Shown here piece after piece: positions 1-13,158 of a DNA stretch of 64,000 nt (positions are counted from its first letter, which is position 1; the number at the start of each line of letters is the position of its first letter). The position numbers and the translations under genes were made by a program. Under the pieces are notes generated by a model. It worked only from the letters and a program-made list of their open reading frames with translations, was not told where the DNA came from and did no database searches. This DNA comes from Lytechinus pictus (taxonomy: Eukaryota), in contig NC_087245.1 in the NCBI RefSeq assembly GCF_037042905.1, positions 4,528,001-4,592,000 of the forward strand, written 5' to 3'.

Positions 1-204
1 TAGTTAGAGAATTTTACTCTTGATGGACAATCACAGGAGAGAATTATATATGCAGGTGAATATTAAAGCAAACATATAATCTAACTGATATTTAACAAGT
101 TCAAAACAATACTTTGTGGCAGGATTAGATTATCATTCAAAGAGGTATCACACTGAGTGGTGAACAAAGCAATAACATTGGGTTTTGGTAGCTTGGTTAT
201 AATT

Positions 205-1155
205 AAACAAGTGGAATGCCTCTGGCCGTCTCACCTGCATCACGCGATTCAATATAGCAGCAGTGCTGATTTTGAAAACTACTATAACTCGCACAAGATG
301 TTCAGTGATACTTGGTTACTCTTATTTCCACGTTTTATGAACTAGACCAATACACTTATAGAGATATGATGGCAATTCAACAAATACCCCCAACGTGGCC
401 AAAGTTCTTTGACCTTAACATGACCTTTGACCTTGATCATGTGACCTGAAACTTGCACAGGATGTTCAGTGATACTTGATTACTATTATGTCCAAGTTTT
501 ATGAACTAGACCAACACACTTTCAAATTTATGGCTGTAATTCAACAAATACCCCAATTTGGCCAAAGTTCATTGACCCTAAATGACCTTTGACCTTGATC
601 ATGTGACCTGAAACTTGCACAGGATGTTCAGTAATACTTGATTACTATTATGTCCAAGTTTCATGAATCAGATCCATAAACTTTCAAAGTTATGATGGTA
701 ATTCAACAGATACCCCCAATTCGGCCAAAGTTCATTGACCCTAAATGACCTTTGACCTTGGTCATGTGATGTGAAACTCAAGCAGGATGTTCATTGATAC
801 TTGATTAACCTTATGTATAAGTTTCATGAACTAGGTCCATATATTTTCTAAGTTATGATGACATTTCAAAAACTTAACCTTAGGTTAAGATTTTGATGTT
901 GATTCCCCCAACATGGTCTAAGTTCATTGACCCTAAATGACCTTTGACCTTGGTCATGTGACATGAAACTCAGGCAGGATGTTCAGTAATACTTGATTAA
1001 CCTTATGGCCAAGTTTCATGAACTAGGTCCATATACTTTCTAAGTTATGCTGTCATTTCAAAAACTTAACCTCAGGTTAAGATTTGGTGTTGACGCCGCC
1101 GCCGTCGGAAAAGCGGCGCCTATAGTCTCACTCTGCTATGCAGGTGAGACAAAAA
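205..1155 (-). mobile_element. Non-autonomous Helentron/HINE (DINE-1-like) element with internal ~120-bp tandem repeats, copy 1
   Basis: Sub-terminal inverted repeats GTCTCACCTGCAT (228-240) and ATGCAGGTGAGAC (1138-1150), an adjacent partial IR, a GCC-rich hairpin and internal TGACCTTTGACC repeats. Two more copies occur in the window. Confidence 0.7.
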
Positions 1156-1871
1156 TAATGGAGAAGAAAAAGAGAATACAAACAGAATAAAGAAGCTTAG
1201 AAAAGGATCTAGGATCAACAAAAATACAAAGAATAGACACTGATAAGAAAAAGTAATTACATTTTAAACTTGTTTCTTCTTCTTCGTATCACAGATTTAC
1301 AAGACAATCTACCAAAATACCATCCATGGCTGAAACTTTGCACATTATTATAAAGCTTTTACATGTATTAGATATTATGATCCCATGGTAACATGTGATA
1401 ACTACATTATTTTGCATGACAACAAGGCACTCATCTCATCCTAGATAGATCTGTCTCTTGGTATTATTACCTCCAGGCATGTATCATAATTGGGGCACAG
1501 TACAGTATTTACAACTGATTATTACATGTATCAAGGAAAGGTAAGTGATAAAATCTCAATCAGTTTGCTAAGCCTGTCTGTGATAAAACTATGATTGAAA
1601 ATATTCAGATATTAATTTTTTTATGTGAGAACTTACTTATAGCACAAGCAATTAAACCACAAAAGGAAGGTAAAGTTTTCTTGAAACGGTGATGACTCCT
1701 CTTTTCCTATCAAGGGACACGTACCCACAAAAGTACTTTGAAACCACTGCACTCTCACACCCAGTCACCCATGAATTTGTCAAAGACTGTTTACAAATTC
1801 CAGGCCGAGTATGAGGTTGGATACCTTGAAATATGTTCTGTTCAATAATATGTTATGTTCTATTCATTTTA

Positions 1872-2105
1872 TAGAATACCGAAGCGATGACATCAGTTGC
1901 CATGGTGTCATGGCGGCCTGGTTCTAAACAAATGAACCCGCCGAATGAAAGCGTGTTTCTCATAGAAGAAAATGGCTGCTATCAGAATTTGATCGCTTGC
2001 AACCTATTTTTTCAGACGGGCCAAAGTCAAACAAATGTGTACAGACAATCGTCAGCTGCGACTCTATTTAGAACCAGCCCGCCATGACCCCACTTCGGTA
2101 CTCTA
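1872..2105. mobile_element. MITE with imperfect TIRs (TAGAGTACCGAAG...GTCATGGCGG(C/G)CTGGTTCTAAA)
   Basis: Left TAGAATACCGAAG...GTCATGGCGGCCTGGTTCTAAA is inverted at right as TTTAGAACCAGCCCGCCATGAC...CTTCGGTACTCTA. Confidence 0.6.
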
Positions 2106-2174
2106 TTTGTCTTCGAGTTTAATTGTGTCGTTCTTTTGGTAGTCTCTTGTTAGACCATTCGACGGAATACTCAC

Positions 2175-2321
2175 CTTTGCATGTCCAGCTTTTGTGATGA
2201 CAGGCATGTTAAAAAACTGACCGGTATAATACTGTAAGGCTCCAAGTAAGATGACCGCTATACCATCACCTTCCTTCTCAATCACACTAAGCACATCCTC
2301 TGTTCTTATATCATACTCTCC
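2175..2321 (-). CDS. KYNU: Kynureninase coding exon 7 ([49 protein letters not shown]); gene continues left of window
   Basis: 147 bp, ttttag| ... |gtgagt. Strong match to vertebrate [49 protein letters not shown]. Confidence 0.97.
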
Positions 2322-2883
2322 CTAAAATCAAGAATAAATGTCAATGTAAAGTCAGAAATACAAAATATAATGGTAGGTCTTTTTCAGAAGGTTTACTTTT
2401 AGACAAGTTCTCATTGGAAAAGGATTGGTTGCACAAAGCTCTGGCCTATAGAATTTCATGAAGAAATTAATCTTTGATTTTTTTTGCCAACTGTTAAAAC
2501 CTACATGCCCTTCATGCTTGATTCCAATGTATATAAGGTCAATGAAATGTTCATTATTTTGTAGTTTATATAATTTTTATGTTTTATACTCCCTATTTGT
2601 GTTTCTGTTATTCTTTCTTTGCGCTATGTATCTGATGAAAAGGCAGTATATAAATGAAGTGTATTATTATTATTAATTCTATTTCAGCATTAGGCAATAT
2701 AGGCACATGATAATTAGTGATATTACCATTATGCGGGACAATGAAAACAGGATACTGAAAATATTCAGTAAAAAATGATTATTCATTATAACACTACAAT
2801 GGAATGTAAACAAATCAATAATAAAAGCTTTATAATTCTTTATTTATGCATGTCAGTTTTGGAGAGTGAATCAAACTATTATA

Positions 2884-3070
2884 CAGATATTGCCTATCTA
2901 GAGTTTGAATGTAACATTTTGTTTCCTCGACGGAGTTATATTTTCCCCAAGGGATTATATTTTGCCCGAAGTGCGCAGCGCTGAGTGAAAAAATTCTCCC
3001 GAGGGAACAATAAAGCTCTGGAGGGGAGTTGAAATGTTATTTATTAAAAAGATAGACAAGGCAATATCTG
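2884..3070. repeat. Degenerate palindromic head of a non-autonomous element (probably extends to ~3460)
   Basis: CAGATATTGCCT (2884-2895) is inverted as AGGCAATATCTG (3059-3070) around a central GCGCAGCGC. A second hairpin lies at ~3280-3352. Confidence 0.45.
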
Positions 3071-3467
3071 TTATATTATATAGTCCATGTAGATTCGCTA
3101 TCAAAGACTGCATTCATCACTCTGACTTTATGATTAACCCTAAATTCTTGCTGCAGCTCTGATCAATCCAAGTCATAAAGATTTTTAAAAAATACATTAA
3201 GCGCATTCTATGCAATTGACACGTAAACACTAGCGCGTATATCAAGAAACTACCTAATTACACAGCTTGTAAGCAGCCAGTGATGTCACCTTAGTGAATA
3301 TAACACCGCACTTTACAATGCAACGCAGTTATATTCACTGAGGTGATGTCACAACCTAGAATATAACAAATGCGATCCTCACAGCTCTGGTCACATGATG
3401 GCGCACTGACATATTACTGATTGGAATCTACATAACCTATGTAATATAACGTTTTATTAACACATAC

Positions 3468-3542
3468 TTTTCTTGGTTCCACGAATATAATGCTTCTTGC
3501 TGGATCATATCCATTGAGACGTATTTGAGATTCCACTGTATA
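3468..3542 (-). CDS. KYNU: Kynureninase coding exon 6 (YTVESQIRLNGYDPARSIIFVEPRK)
   Basis: 75 bp, cacag| ... |gtatgt, phase 0 to 0. Matches vertebrate [25 protein letters not shown]. Confidence 0.95.
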
Positions 3543-4349
3543 CTGTGTTTAGAAACAGGAAAAAAAGAATTCAAAACAAGTGTCAAATGGAAAATTCACT
3601 ATCTTTCATCACCTTGAATAAAACCTTTTGAATTAATACCAGCAGCATGTAATACAATATAATTTTAGTGTTTACGATGTATAATGTAAAATTGTCTTTC
3701 TTTTACTCAGATATTCATGACTTTCACGGGAGTGGATTATTATTTGCTGACACTAGGTTTCGTGGAAAGCAAAGCAAATACCTATGATAGAGTTCAATCT
3801 CCAGTGTACAGAAAATCAACTGACCAATTTCCATGCAGTATTTTCTTATTTACTTGCTTGAATTTATCTCATTCCGATATACCTTGTGGCCGAAAAGCAC
3901 CCACAAAATTATGGTTGAAGCTTTTTACTTCAGAGAGCACTTACAATCTCTATGCAATAGATTGCATACTTATTTCTTTAGTAGAGTTCGCAAGGCATCC
4001 TTGTGGAGACATGCTCACAGCATCCATTTTGGGGGAAAATCTAAAAAATTTACAATCACATGTACCTTACTTAATGTTTTCCAGTTCCCAACATCCATCT
4101 GAAATTCAAGGTTTAGATTGGTAAAAAGCTATCCAAATTTCATCCTTACTATTAAGAGTATCATGAGCTACCGAGAATTGATTGATGCCTTAATTGTGAT
4201 TCTGATCCATAAAATGGCATCGGAATCCATAGACATTCTGACATGACTCTGCCCCAGGTATCACTGTATGATAACTGAATCAACTGAATACAAGTCAGTA
4301 ATTCAATAACTTTAATTGGTTTTCTTCTTAATAAATATTTCTAACTTAC

Positions 4350-4421
4350 ATGATCACTGGGAAAGGCCTTTGATTCAATGAGAATTTTATGTCTCTTTTC
4401 TGTAGGACGATAAAAGGACAT
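4350..4421 (-). CDS. KYNU: Kynureninase coding exon 5 ([24 protein letters not shown])
   Basis: 72 bp, tttacag| ... |gtaagt, phase 0 to 0. Conserved KILxExKAFPSDH motif. Confidence 0.97.
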
Positions 4422-4471
4422 CTGTAAAAAAGAAAAAGGGAAGAAAAGAATAAAGAAGAAAACAAAGAAAG

Positions 4472-7400
4472 CACTGATTGAAATGTGAGTGACTGTGATG
4501 AAGCATGCATCTCATTAAAAAGGATTCCAAATAAAACAATGATTGAAATGTGACTGTGATGAAGCATGCATCTCATTAAAAAGGATTCCAAATAAAACAC
4601 TGATTGAAATGTGACTGTGATGAAGCATGCATCTCATTAAAAAGGATTCCAAATTAAATACTGATTGAAATGTGACTGTGATGAAGCATGCATCTCATTA
4701 AAAAGGATTCCAAATTAAACACTGATTGAAATGTGACTGTGATGAAGCATGCATCTCATTAAAAAGGATTCCAAATTAAACACTGATTGAAATGTGACTG
4801 TGATGAAGCATGCATCTCATTAAAAAGGATTCCAAATAAAACACTGATTGAAATGTGACTGTGATGAAGCATGCATCTCATTAAAAAGGATTCCAAATAA
4901 AACAATGATTGAAATGTGACTGTGATGAAGCATGCATCTCATTAAAAAGGATTCCAAATAAAACACTGATTGAAATGTGACTGTGATGAAGCATGCATCT
5001 CATTAAAAAGGATTCCAAATAAAACAATGATTGAAATGTGACTGTGATGAAGCATGCATCTCATTAAAAAGGATTCCAAATAAAACACTGATTGAAATGT
5101 GACTGTGATGAAGCATGCATCTCAATAAAAAGGATTCCAAATAAAACAATGATTGAAATGTGACTGTGATGAAGCATGCATCTCATTAAAAAGGATTCCA
5201 AATAAAACACTGATTGAAATGTGACTGTGATGAAGCATGCATCTCATTAAAAAGGATTCCAAATAAAACACTGATTGAAATGTGACTGTGATGAAGCATG
5301 CATCTCATTAAAAAGGATTCCAAATAAAACACTGATTGAAATGTGACTGTGATGAAGCATGCATCTCATTAAAAAGGATTCCAAATAAAACAATGATTGA
5401 AATGTGACTGTGATGAAGCATGCATCTCATTAAAAAGGATTCCAAATAAAACAATGATTGAAATGTGACTGTGATGAAGCATGCATCTCATTAAAAAGGA
5501 TTCCAAATAAAACACTGATTGAAATGTGACTGTGATAAAGCATGCATCTCATTAAAAAGGATTCCAAATAAAACACTGATTGAAATGTGACTGTGATAAA
5601 GCATGCATCTCATTAAAAAGGATTCCAAATAAAACACTGATTGAAATGTGACTGTGGTGAAGCATGCATCTCATTAAAAAGGATTCCAAATAAAACACTG
5701 ATTGAAATGTGACTGTGATGAAGCATGCATCTCATTAAAAAGGATTCCAAATAAAACACTGATTGAAATGTGACTGTGATGAAGCATGCATCTCATTAAA
5801 AAGGATTCCAAATAAAACACTGATTGAAATGTGACTGTGATGAAGCATGCATCTCATTAAAAAGGATTCCAAATAAAACACTGATTGAAATGTGACTGTG
5901 ATGAAGCATGCATCTCATTAAAAAGGATTCCAAATAAAACAATGATTGAAATGTGACTGTGATGAAGCATGCATCTCATTAAAAAGGATTCCAAATAAAA
6001 CACTGATTGAAATGTGACTGTGATGAAGCATGCATCTCATTAAAAAGGATTCCAAATAAAACACTGATTGAAATGTGACTGTGATGAAGCATGCATCTCA
6101 TTAAAAAGGATTCCAAATAAAACACTGATTGAAATGTGACTGTGATGAAGCATGCATCTCATTAAAAAGGATTCCAAATAAAACACTGATTGAAATGTGA
6201 CTGTGATGAAGCATGCATCTCATTAAAAAGGATTCCAAATAAAACACTGATTGAAATGTGACTGTGATGAAGCATGCATCTCATTAAAAAGGATTCCAAA
6301 TAAAACACTGATTGAAATGTGACTGTGATGAAGCATGCATCTCATTAAAAAGGATTCCAAATAAAACAATGATTGAAATGTGACTGTGATGAAGCATGCA
6401 TCTCATTAAAAAGGATTCCAAATAAAACACTGATTGAAATGTGACTGTGATGAAGCATGCATCTCATTAAAAAGGATTCCAAATTAAACACTGATTGAAA
6501 TGTGACTGTGATGAAGCATGCATCTCATTAAAAAGGATTCCAAATAAAACACTGATTGAAATGTGACTGTGATGAAGCATGCATCTCATTAAAAAGGATT
6601 CCAAATAAAACACTGATTGAAATGTGACTGTGATAAAGCATGCAACTCATTAAAAAGGATTCCAAATAAAACACTGATTGAAATGTGACTGTGATGAAGC
6701 ATGCATCTCATTAAAAAGGATTCCAAATAAAACACTGATTGAAATGTGACTGTGATGAAGCATGCATCTCATTAAAAAGGATTCCAAATAAAACAATGAT
6801 TGAAATGTGACTGTGATGAAGCATGCATCTCATTAAAAAGGATTCCAAATAAAACACTGATTGAAATGTGACTGTGATGAAGCATGCATCTCATTAAAAA
6901 GGATTCCAAATAAAACAATGATTGAAATGTGACTGTGGTGAAGCATGCATCTCATTAAAAAGGATTCCAAATAAAACACTGATTGAAATGTGACTGTGAT
7001 GAAGCATGCAACTCAATAAAAAGGATTCCAAATAAAACACTGATTGAAATGTGACTGTGATGAAGCATGCATCTCATTAAAAAGGATTCCAAATAAAACA
7101 CTGATTGAAATGTGACTGTGATGAAGCATGCATCTCATTAAAAAGGATTCCAAATAAAACACTGATTGAAATGTGACTGTGATAAAGCATGCAACTCATT
7201 AAAAAGGATTCCAAATAAAACACTGATTGAAATGTGACTGTGATGAAGCATGCATCTCATTAAAAAGGATTCCAAATAAAACACTGATTGAAATGTGACT
7301 GTGATGAAGCATGCATCTCATTAAAAAGGATTCCAAATAAAACACTGATTGAAATGTGACTGTGATGAAGCATGCAACTCAATAAAAAGGATTCCAAATA

Positions 7401-9335
7401 AAACACTGATTGAAATGTGACTGTGATGAAGCATGCATCTCATTAAAAAGGATTCCAAATAAAACACTGATTGAAATGTGACTGTGATGAAGCATGCAAC
7501 TCAATAAAAAGGATTCCAAATAAAACACTGATTGAAATGTGACTGTGATGAAGCATGCATCTCATTAAAAAGGATTCCAAATAAAACAATGATTGAAATG
7601 TGACTGTGGTGAAGCATGCATCTCATTAAAAAGGATTCCAAATAAAACACTGATTGAAATGTGACTGTGATGAAGCATGCAACTCAATAAAAAGGATTCC
7701 AAATAAAACAATGATTGAAATGTGACTGTGATGAAGCATGCATCTCATTAAAAAGGATTCCAAATAAAACAATGATTGAAATGTGACTGTGGTGAAGCAT
7801 GCATCTCATTAAAAAGGATTCCAAATAAAACACTGATTGAAATGTGACTGTGATGAAGCATGCATCTCAATAAAAAGGATTCCAAATAAAACACTGATTG
7901 AAATGTGACTGTGATGAAGCATGCATCTCATTAAAAAGGATTCCAAATAAAACAATGATTGAAATGTGACTGTGATGAAGCATGCATCTCATTAAAAAGG
8001 ATTCCAAATAAAACACTGATTGAAATGTGACTGTGATGAAGCATGCAACTCAATAAAAAGGATTCCAAATAAAACACTGATTGAAATGTGACTGTGATGA
8101 AGCATGCATCTCATTAAAAAGGATTCCAAATAAAACACTGATTGAAATGTGACTGTGATGAAGCATGCATCTCATTAAAAAGGATTCCAAATAAAACAAT
8201 GATTGAAATGTGACTGTGGTGAAGCATGCATCTCATTAAAAAGGATTCCAAATAAAACACTGATTGAAATGTGACTGTGATGAAGCATGCATCTCATTAA
8301 AAAGGATTCCAAATAAAACAATGATTGAAATGTGACTGTGATGAAGCATGCATCTCATTAAAAAGGATTCCAAATAAAACACTGATTGAAATGTGACTGT
8401 GATGAAGCATGCATCTCATTAAAAAGGATTCCAAATAAAACAATGATTGAAATGTGACTGTGGTGAAGCATGCATCTCATTAAAAAGGATTCCAAATAAA
8501 ACACTGATTGAAATGTGACTGTGATGAAGCATGCAACTCAATAAAAAGGATTCCAAATAAAACACTGATTGAAATGTGACTGTGATGAAGCATGCATCTC
8601 ATTAAAAAGGATTCCAAATAAAACAATGATTGAAATGTGACTGTGGTGAAGCATGCATCTCATTAAAAAGGATTCCAAATAAAACACTGATTGAAATGTG
8701 ACTGTGATGAAGCATGCAACTCAATAAAAAGGATTCCAAATAAAACAATGATTGAAATGTGACTGTGATGAAGCATGCATCTCATTAAAAAGGATTCCAA
8801 ATAAAACAATGATTGAAATGTGACTGTGGTGAAGCATGCATCTCATTAAAAAGGATTCCAAATAAAACACTGATTGAAATGTGACTGTGATGAAGCATGC
8901 ATCTCAATAAAAAGGATTCCAAATAAAACACTGATTGAAATGTGACTGTGATGAAGCATGCATCTCATTAAAAAGGATTCCAAATAAAACAATGATTGAA
9001 ATGTGACTGTGATGAAGCATGCATCTCATTAAAAAGGATTCCAAATAAAACACTGATTGAAATGTGACTGTGATGAAGCATGCAACTCAATAAAAAGGAT
9101 TCCAAATAAAACACTGATTGAAATGTGACTGTGATGAAGCATGCATCTCATTAAAAAGGATTCCAAATAAAACACTGATTGAAATGTGTCTGTGATGAAG
9201 CATGCATCTCAATAAAAAGGATTCCAAATAAAACACTGATTGAAATGTGACTGTGATAAAGCATGCAACTCATTAAAAAGGATTCCAAATAAAACACTGA
9301 TTGAAATGTGACTGTGATGAAGCATGCATCTCAAA
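4472..9335. repeat. 61-bp tandem satellite, about 80 copies, filling KYNU intron 4422-9389
   Basis: Unit ACTGATTGAAATGTGACTGTGATGAAGCATGCATCTCATTAAAAAGGATTCCAAATAAAAC, near-identical copies with a few recurrent variants. Confidence 0.99.
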
Positions 9336-9389
9336 AAAGGAAATAGAACAATTTATCAAAGTGAATGTTAACAATGTTGTTTTACTCAC

Positions 9390-9451
9390 CAGTAATAGAT
9401 GTAAATTGACAGTGAGACCATTCATGATTGCCAATTCCTCTTCTTTACAAC
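9390..9451 (-). CDS. KYNU: Kynureninase coding exon 4 (GCKEEELAIMNGLTVNLHLLL)
   Basis: 62 bp, ttgtag| ... |gtgagt, phase 1 to 0. Conserved MNxLTVNLHLL motif. Confidence 0.96.
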
Positions 9452-9559
9452 CTACAAATATGAGAGAAATAGAAATGAAACAGAGAAAAAGTCCATGATA
9501 TTATTGCAAGAACGAGTAACAAAATGTTGCTGTCACTCCCCATGTTAAAAAAAATGGTA

Positions 9560-10800
9560 AGGGGGATGGGAGGATGACTAAGAAGAGAGGATAAGAAAGA
9601 AAAGGAGGGGAGAAAGAGGATGAAGAGGGGAAGGAGGAGGAAGAAAAGGAGGGTGAGAAGCACTACAAAGAAGTAAAAGGGGGGTAGAGAAAGAGGATGA
9701 AGAAGGGAAGGAGGAAGAGGAGGAGGGTGGGAAGGAGGACTAAGAAGAGGGAACGAGAAAGAGGTGGAGGGGAGAAAGAAGGTGAAGGGAAGGGGAGGAA
9801 AAGGGTGGGAAGGAGGACTAAGAAGAGGGGACAAGAAAAAGGTGGGGGAGAGAAAGAGGATGAAGAGGGGAAGGGGGAGGAAGAAGAGAAGGGTGGGAAG
9901 GAGGACTAAGAACAGGGGACAAGAAAAAGGGTGGGGGAGAGAAAGAGGATGAAGAGGGGAAGGGGAGGAAGAAGAGGGTGGGAAGGAGGACTAAGAAGAG
10001 GGGACAAGAAAAAGGTGGGGTAGAGAAAGAGGATGAAGAGGGGAAGGGGAGGAAGAAGAGGGTGGGAAGGAGGACTAAGAAGAGGGGACAAGAAAAAGGT
10101 GGGGTAGAGAAAGAGGATGAAGAGGGGAAGGGGGAGGAAGAAGAGGGTGGGAAGGAGGACTAAGAAGTGGGGACAAGAAAAAGGTGGGGTAGAGAAAGAG
10201 GATGAAGAGGGGAAGGGGAGGAAGAAGAGGGGAAGGGGAGGAAGAAGAGGGTGGGAAGGAGGACTAAGTAGAGGGGACAAGAAAAAGGATGAAGAGGGGA
10301 AGGGGGAGGAAGAAGAGAAGGGTGGGAAGGAGGACTAAGAAGATGGGACAAGGAAAGGGTGGGGGAGAGAGAGCGAATGAAGAGGGGAAGGGGAGGAAGA
10401 AGAGGGTGGGAAGGAGGACTAAGAAGAGGGGACAAGAAAAAGGTGGGGTAGAGAAAGAGGATGAAGAGGGGAAGGGGGAAGAAGAAGAGGGTGGGAAGGA
10501 GGACTAAGAAGAGGGGACAAGAAAAAGGTGGGGGAGAGAAAGAGGATGAAGAGGGGAAGGGGAGGAAGAAGAGGGTGGGAAGGAGGACTAAGAAGTGGGG
10601 ACAAGGAAAGGGTGGAAGGGGAGAAAGAGTGTTTTGATGTGAAGGAGGAGGAAGGAGGGTGAGAAAGAGAAATAAGAGGGGAGAGACAAAAAAGGAGGGG
10701 AGAAGGGGAGAAAGAGGATGAAGAGGGATGGAGGAGTAAGAAGAGGAATGTGAGAAGGAGGACTAAGGAGAGAGAAGGAGGAATAGGATGGGAGAATGAG
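9560..10800. repeat. Purine-rich (GA) minisatellite, unit roughly 80-85 bp
   Basis: Recurrent GGGTGGGAAGGAGGACTAAGAAGAGGGGACAAGAAAAAGGTGGGG...; occupies most of KYNU intron 9452-10945. Confidence 0.95.
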
Positions 10801-10945
10801 GAGAAATAACATAATTATGATCATTTAAAATGCAGCTGGTATTAATAAAATTATTATTTCCTGTGAGGAATGTCTAAATGAAATATCCTAATATCATCCA
10901 TATATGTACACGCCCACATGTACCTATTAAAGTGACTGATCTTAC

Positions 10946-11028
10946 CAACAATGTTGGACATGTCAGTAGCAAGTACTTCATCACAGAAAGCCCAAGGCAT
11001 CTGACCGCAAAGATGTCCGTGTACTCCC
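10946..11028 (-). CDS. KYNU: Kynureninase coding exon 3 (GVHGHLCGQMPWAFCDEVLATDMSNIV)
   Basis: 83 bp, tttttcag| ... |gtaag, phase 2 to 1. Matches vertebrate [27 protein letters not shown]. Confidence 0.95.
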
Positions 11029-11840
11029 CTGAAAAAAAAAATTAAGCATCATATCAGTAACTCCTGGAGGATACACTTTTTATATATTCATCCTGAATAT
11101 TAACAAACATGTATGATCAGAAAAGGAAATTTGACCAATAAACAAATCATGTATCTGGGGTGGTATTCTGAGATCCATTTGATCTACAATAAAGATTTAA
11201 TTTAATTCAACAAAGGAATGAAGATAAACTGTATGTCCGGATCTTTTAAGATGGTTGCTTAGCAACAATCTGAGACTCAAAATTGTATTTAATGCATGCT
11301 CCTATAATCAATGGATGGACTTTGATGGATAACAACAAGTTTGAAAACGCAGTATCTAGGTCGCTCTATAATTCAAGTGAAATCTAATATCCAAGCCATG
11401 TGAATGGAGTCAAAGCCCAAGGCATTCTGAAAATTATGCAATTTTATTTTAGCAATACAATTACCTCAAGAGTTACAGATATATCTAAAACACATTTTGG
11501 AAACAGCAGTATTGAAGAAAAGGTATAGGCCTTTACAGTATAAATCATCTTTATTTGATAATCAAATATAAAAGGTACAATTTACAAAATTAAGCATCAC
11601 ATCAGTAACTCCTGGAGGATACACTTTTTATTTTTTCATCCTGAATGTTAACAAACATTTATGTACATGCATACATGTATGATCAGAAAAGGAAATTTGA
11701 CCAATAAATATAACATATTGAGTAGCTGTTGTAAAGCTCTAGCTGCCACATGTATGCACACAGCCGAGGAAGAAACTGCAGGGAAAATAAAGTGATCTGA
11801 GATCCATTTTATCTCCTTTATTGTCATTTTATCTGCATAC

Positions 11841-12019
11841 CTGGCAGGTGTTTCATAAAGCTGTTCGTAAGTTAAGAGCGACTGGTGATCCTTTCTTTAA
11901 TATGGTAAATGATATTCACCATTAATGTTCATTGGTGATTATTTAGCGCGTAAGAAAGGTTCACCAGTCGTTCTTAAAGTCGCTCTTAACTTACGAACAG
12001 CATTATGAAACGGCCCCCT
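11841..12019. mobile_element. Palindromic MITE
   Basis: GTTTCATAAAGCTGTTCGTAAGTTAAGAGCGACT is inverted as AGTCGCTCTTAACTTACGAACAGCATTATGAAAC. Confidence 0.75.
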
Positions 12020-12324
12020 GTTCGTGAAGCACTTTCCAGTAAGAAAGGCTGTGTAATAGCACTCTGTTATTCAACCAATGAAAATCCTTTCTGCCAGGTG
12101 TGGCAAAGTAGTAAGAGTGTGTCAATTTCATAACATACCAATGTGCTTGCACTATACATTGTATATACACATGAATTTCTTTTTAAAAAATGAACAATAC
12201 TCATCTTTGATGAGATGTCAATAACACAATATAAACAGAATATAAGTCAAAAAGAGTCTTTGGACAAATTTCATTAATCTACAAGAATAATGTTTTGAGT
12301 ATTACTGTCAATGATAATTTTTGT

Positions 12325-12600
12325 GGGGGAATCATAGTGGTTATGACTCTCGGCTTTCTATCTGAGCGATGTGGGTGCGATTCCCAGCCATTGCGTTTTT
12401 TCCTTCAGCAAGACATTTACCAACATTATATGTGCTACACTCAACCCAGGTGACTGTAGTCTGTAGGAAGGAATTCCTTGAAAGCCAGAGCGCCTGTAGG
12501 CATCATGGCTATAGCCGGGGTAATAAAAGGCAGTTGAGTATATCCATTTACATAGAATTTGCACATTTATAAATGTGCAATCATTATTATCATTATTAGT
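12325..12600 (+). mobile_element. tRNA-derived SINE (degenerate); partial relatives at ~19610-19730 and 41110-41830
   Basis: A-box-like TAGTGGTTATGAC, B-box-like GGTGCGATTCCC, body CACTCAACCCAGGTGA shared with the other copies, and an (ATT)n tail. Confidence 0.7.
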
Positions 12601-12780
12601 TTCTCTTTATTTCACAGTCAGACTAATAGTCCCCACACTATTTTAAGTTTATATTACTATTATTACCTAGGCTTCAAAGTAACAAGGGCACAATCACACC
12701 ATTTGCGTAGCAATGGTTAAATATGTAAGCGATGGATGTCCCAGACGCTGTAATACGCAGACCTTCCTCTGTTGCATATC

Positions 12781-13158
12781 ATAGATTACCGAAATGTGAC
12801 ATCGTCAATATTCCCTTTTTGCATTTCAGCATTATTGATACCATATTTTGGTTGAGCATGATAAAATACCTCCACAACCCAAATTCTGTAGGAATCAGTC
12901 CATGGTGCCACAAGATATGAATACATAATCACCCCATTGAAATCAATGTATTATTTGCCTGGTTCCTAAAGTTTAGAACCAGGTCAATAAACCATTGAAC
13001 TTGAACAATGGGTCATTAGGTTATATCCAACGCCCCCATGGACCAATTCCCATCAAACTTGGGTTGTAGAGGTATTTCATCATGCTCTACCAAAATATGG
13101 TATCAATAATGCTGAAATGCAAAAATGTGTTTGTGACGTTATCACATCAGTACTCTAT
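12781..13158. mobile_element. Long-TIR palindromic MITE
   Basis: TTTTTGCATTTCAGCATTATTGATACCATATTTTGG...CATGAT is inverted at ~13075-13125. Termini ATAGATTACCGA / TCAGTACTCTAT resemble the MITE at 1872. Confidence 0.75.

Noticed and set aside
4472..9335. CRISPR or coding repeat in the 61-bp array
   Set aside because: Head-to-tail near-identical monomers with no spacers. The unit length is not a multiple of 3, and the array lies in a KYNU intron.
9445..10824. Many Lys/Arg/Gly/Glu- or Pro/Leu/Phe-rich ORFs
   Set aside because: Artefacts of the GA-rich minisatellite within an intron.
12325..12400. tRNA gene
   Set aside because: Degenerate A/B boxes followed by a SINE body and tail; no convincing cloverleaf.
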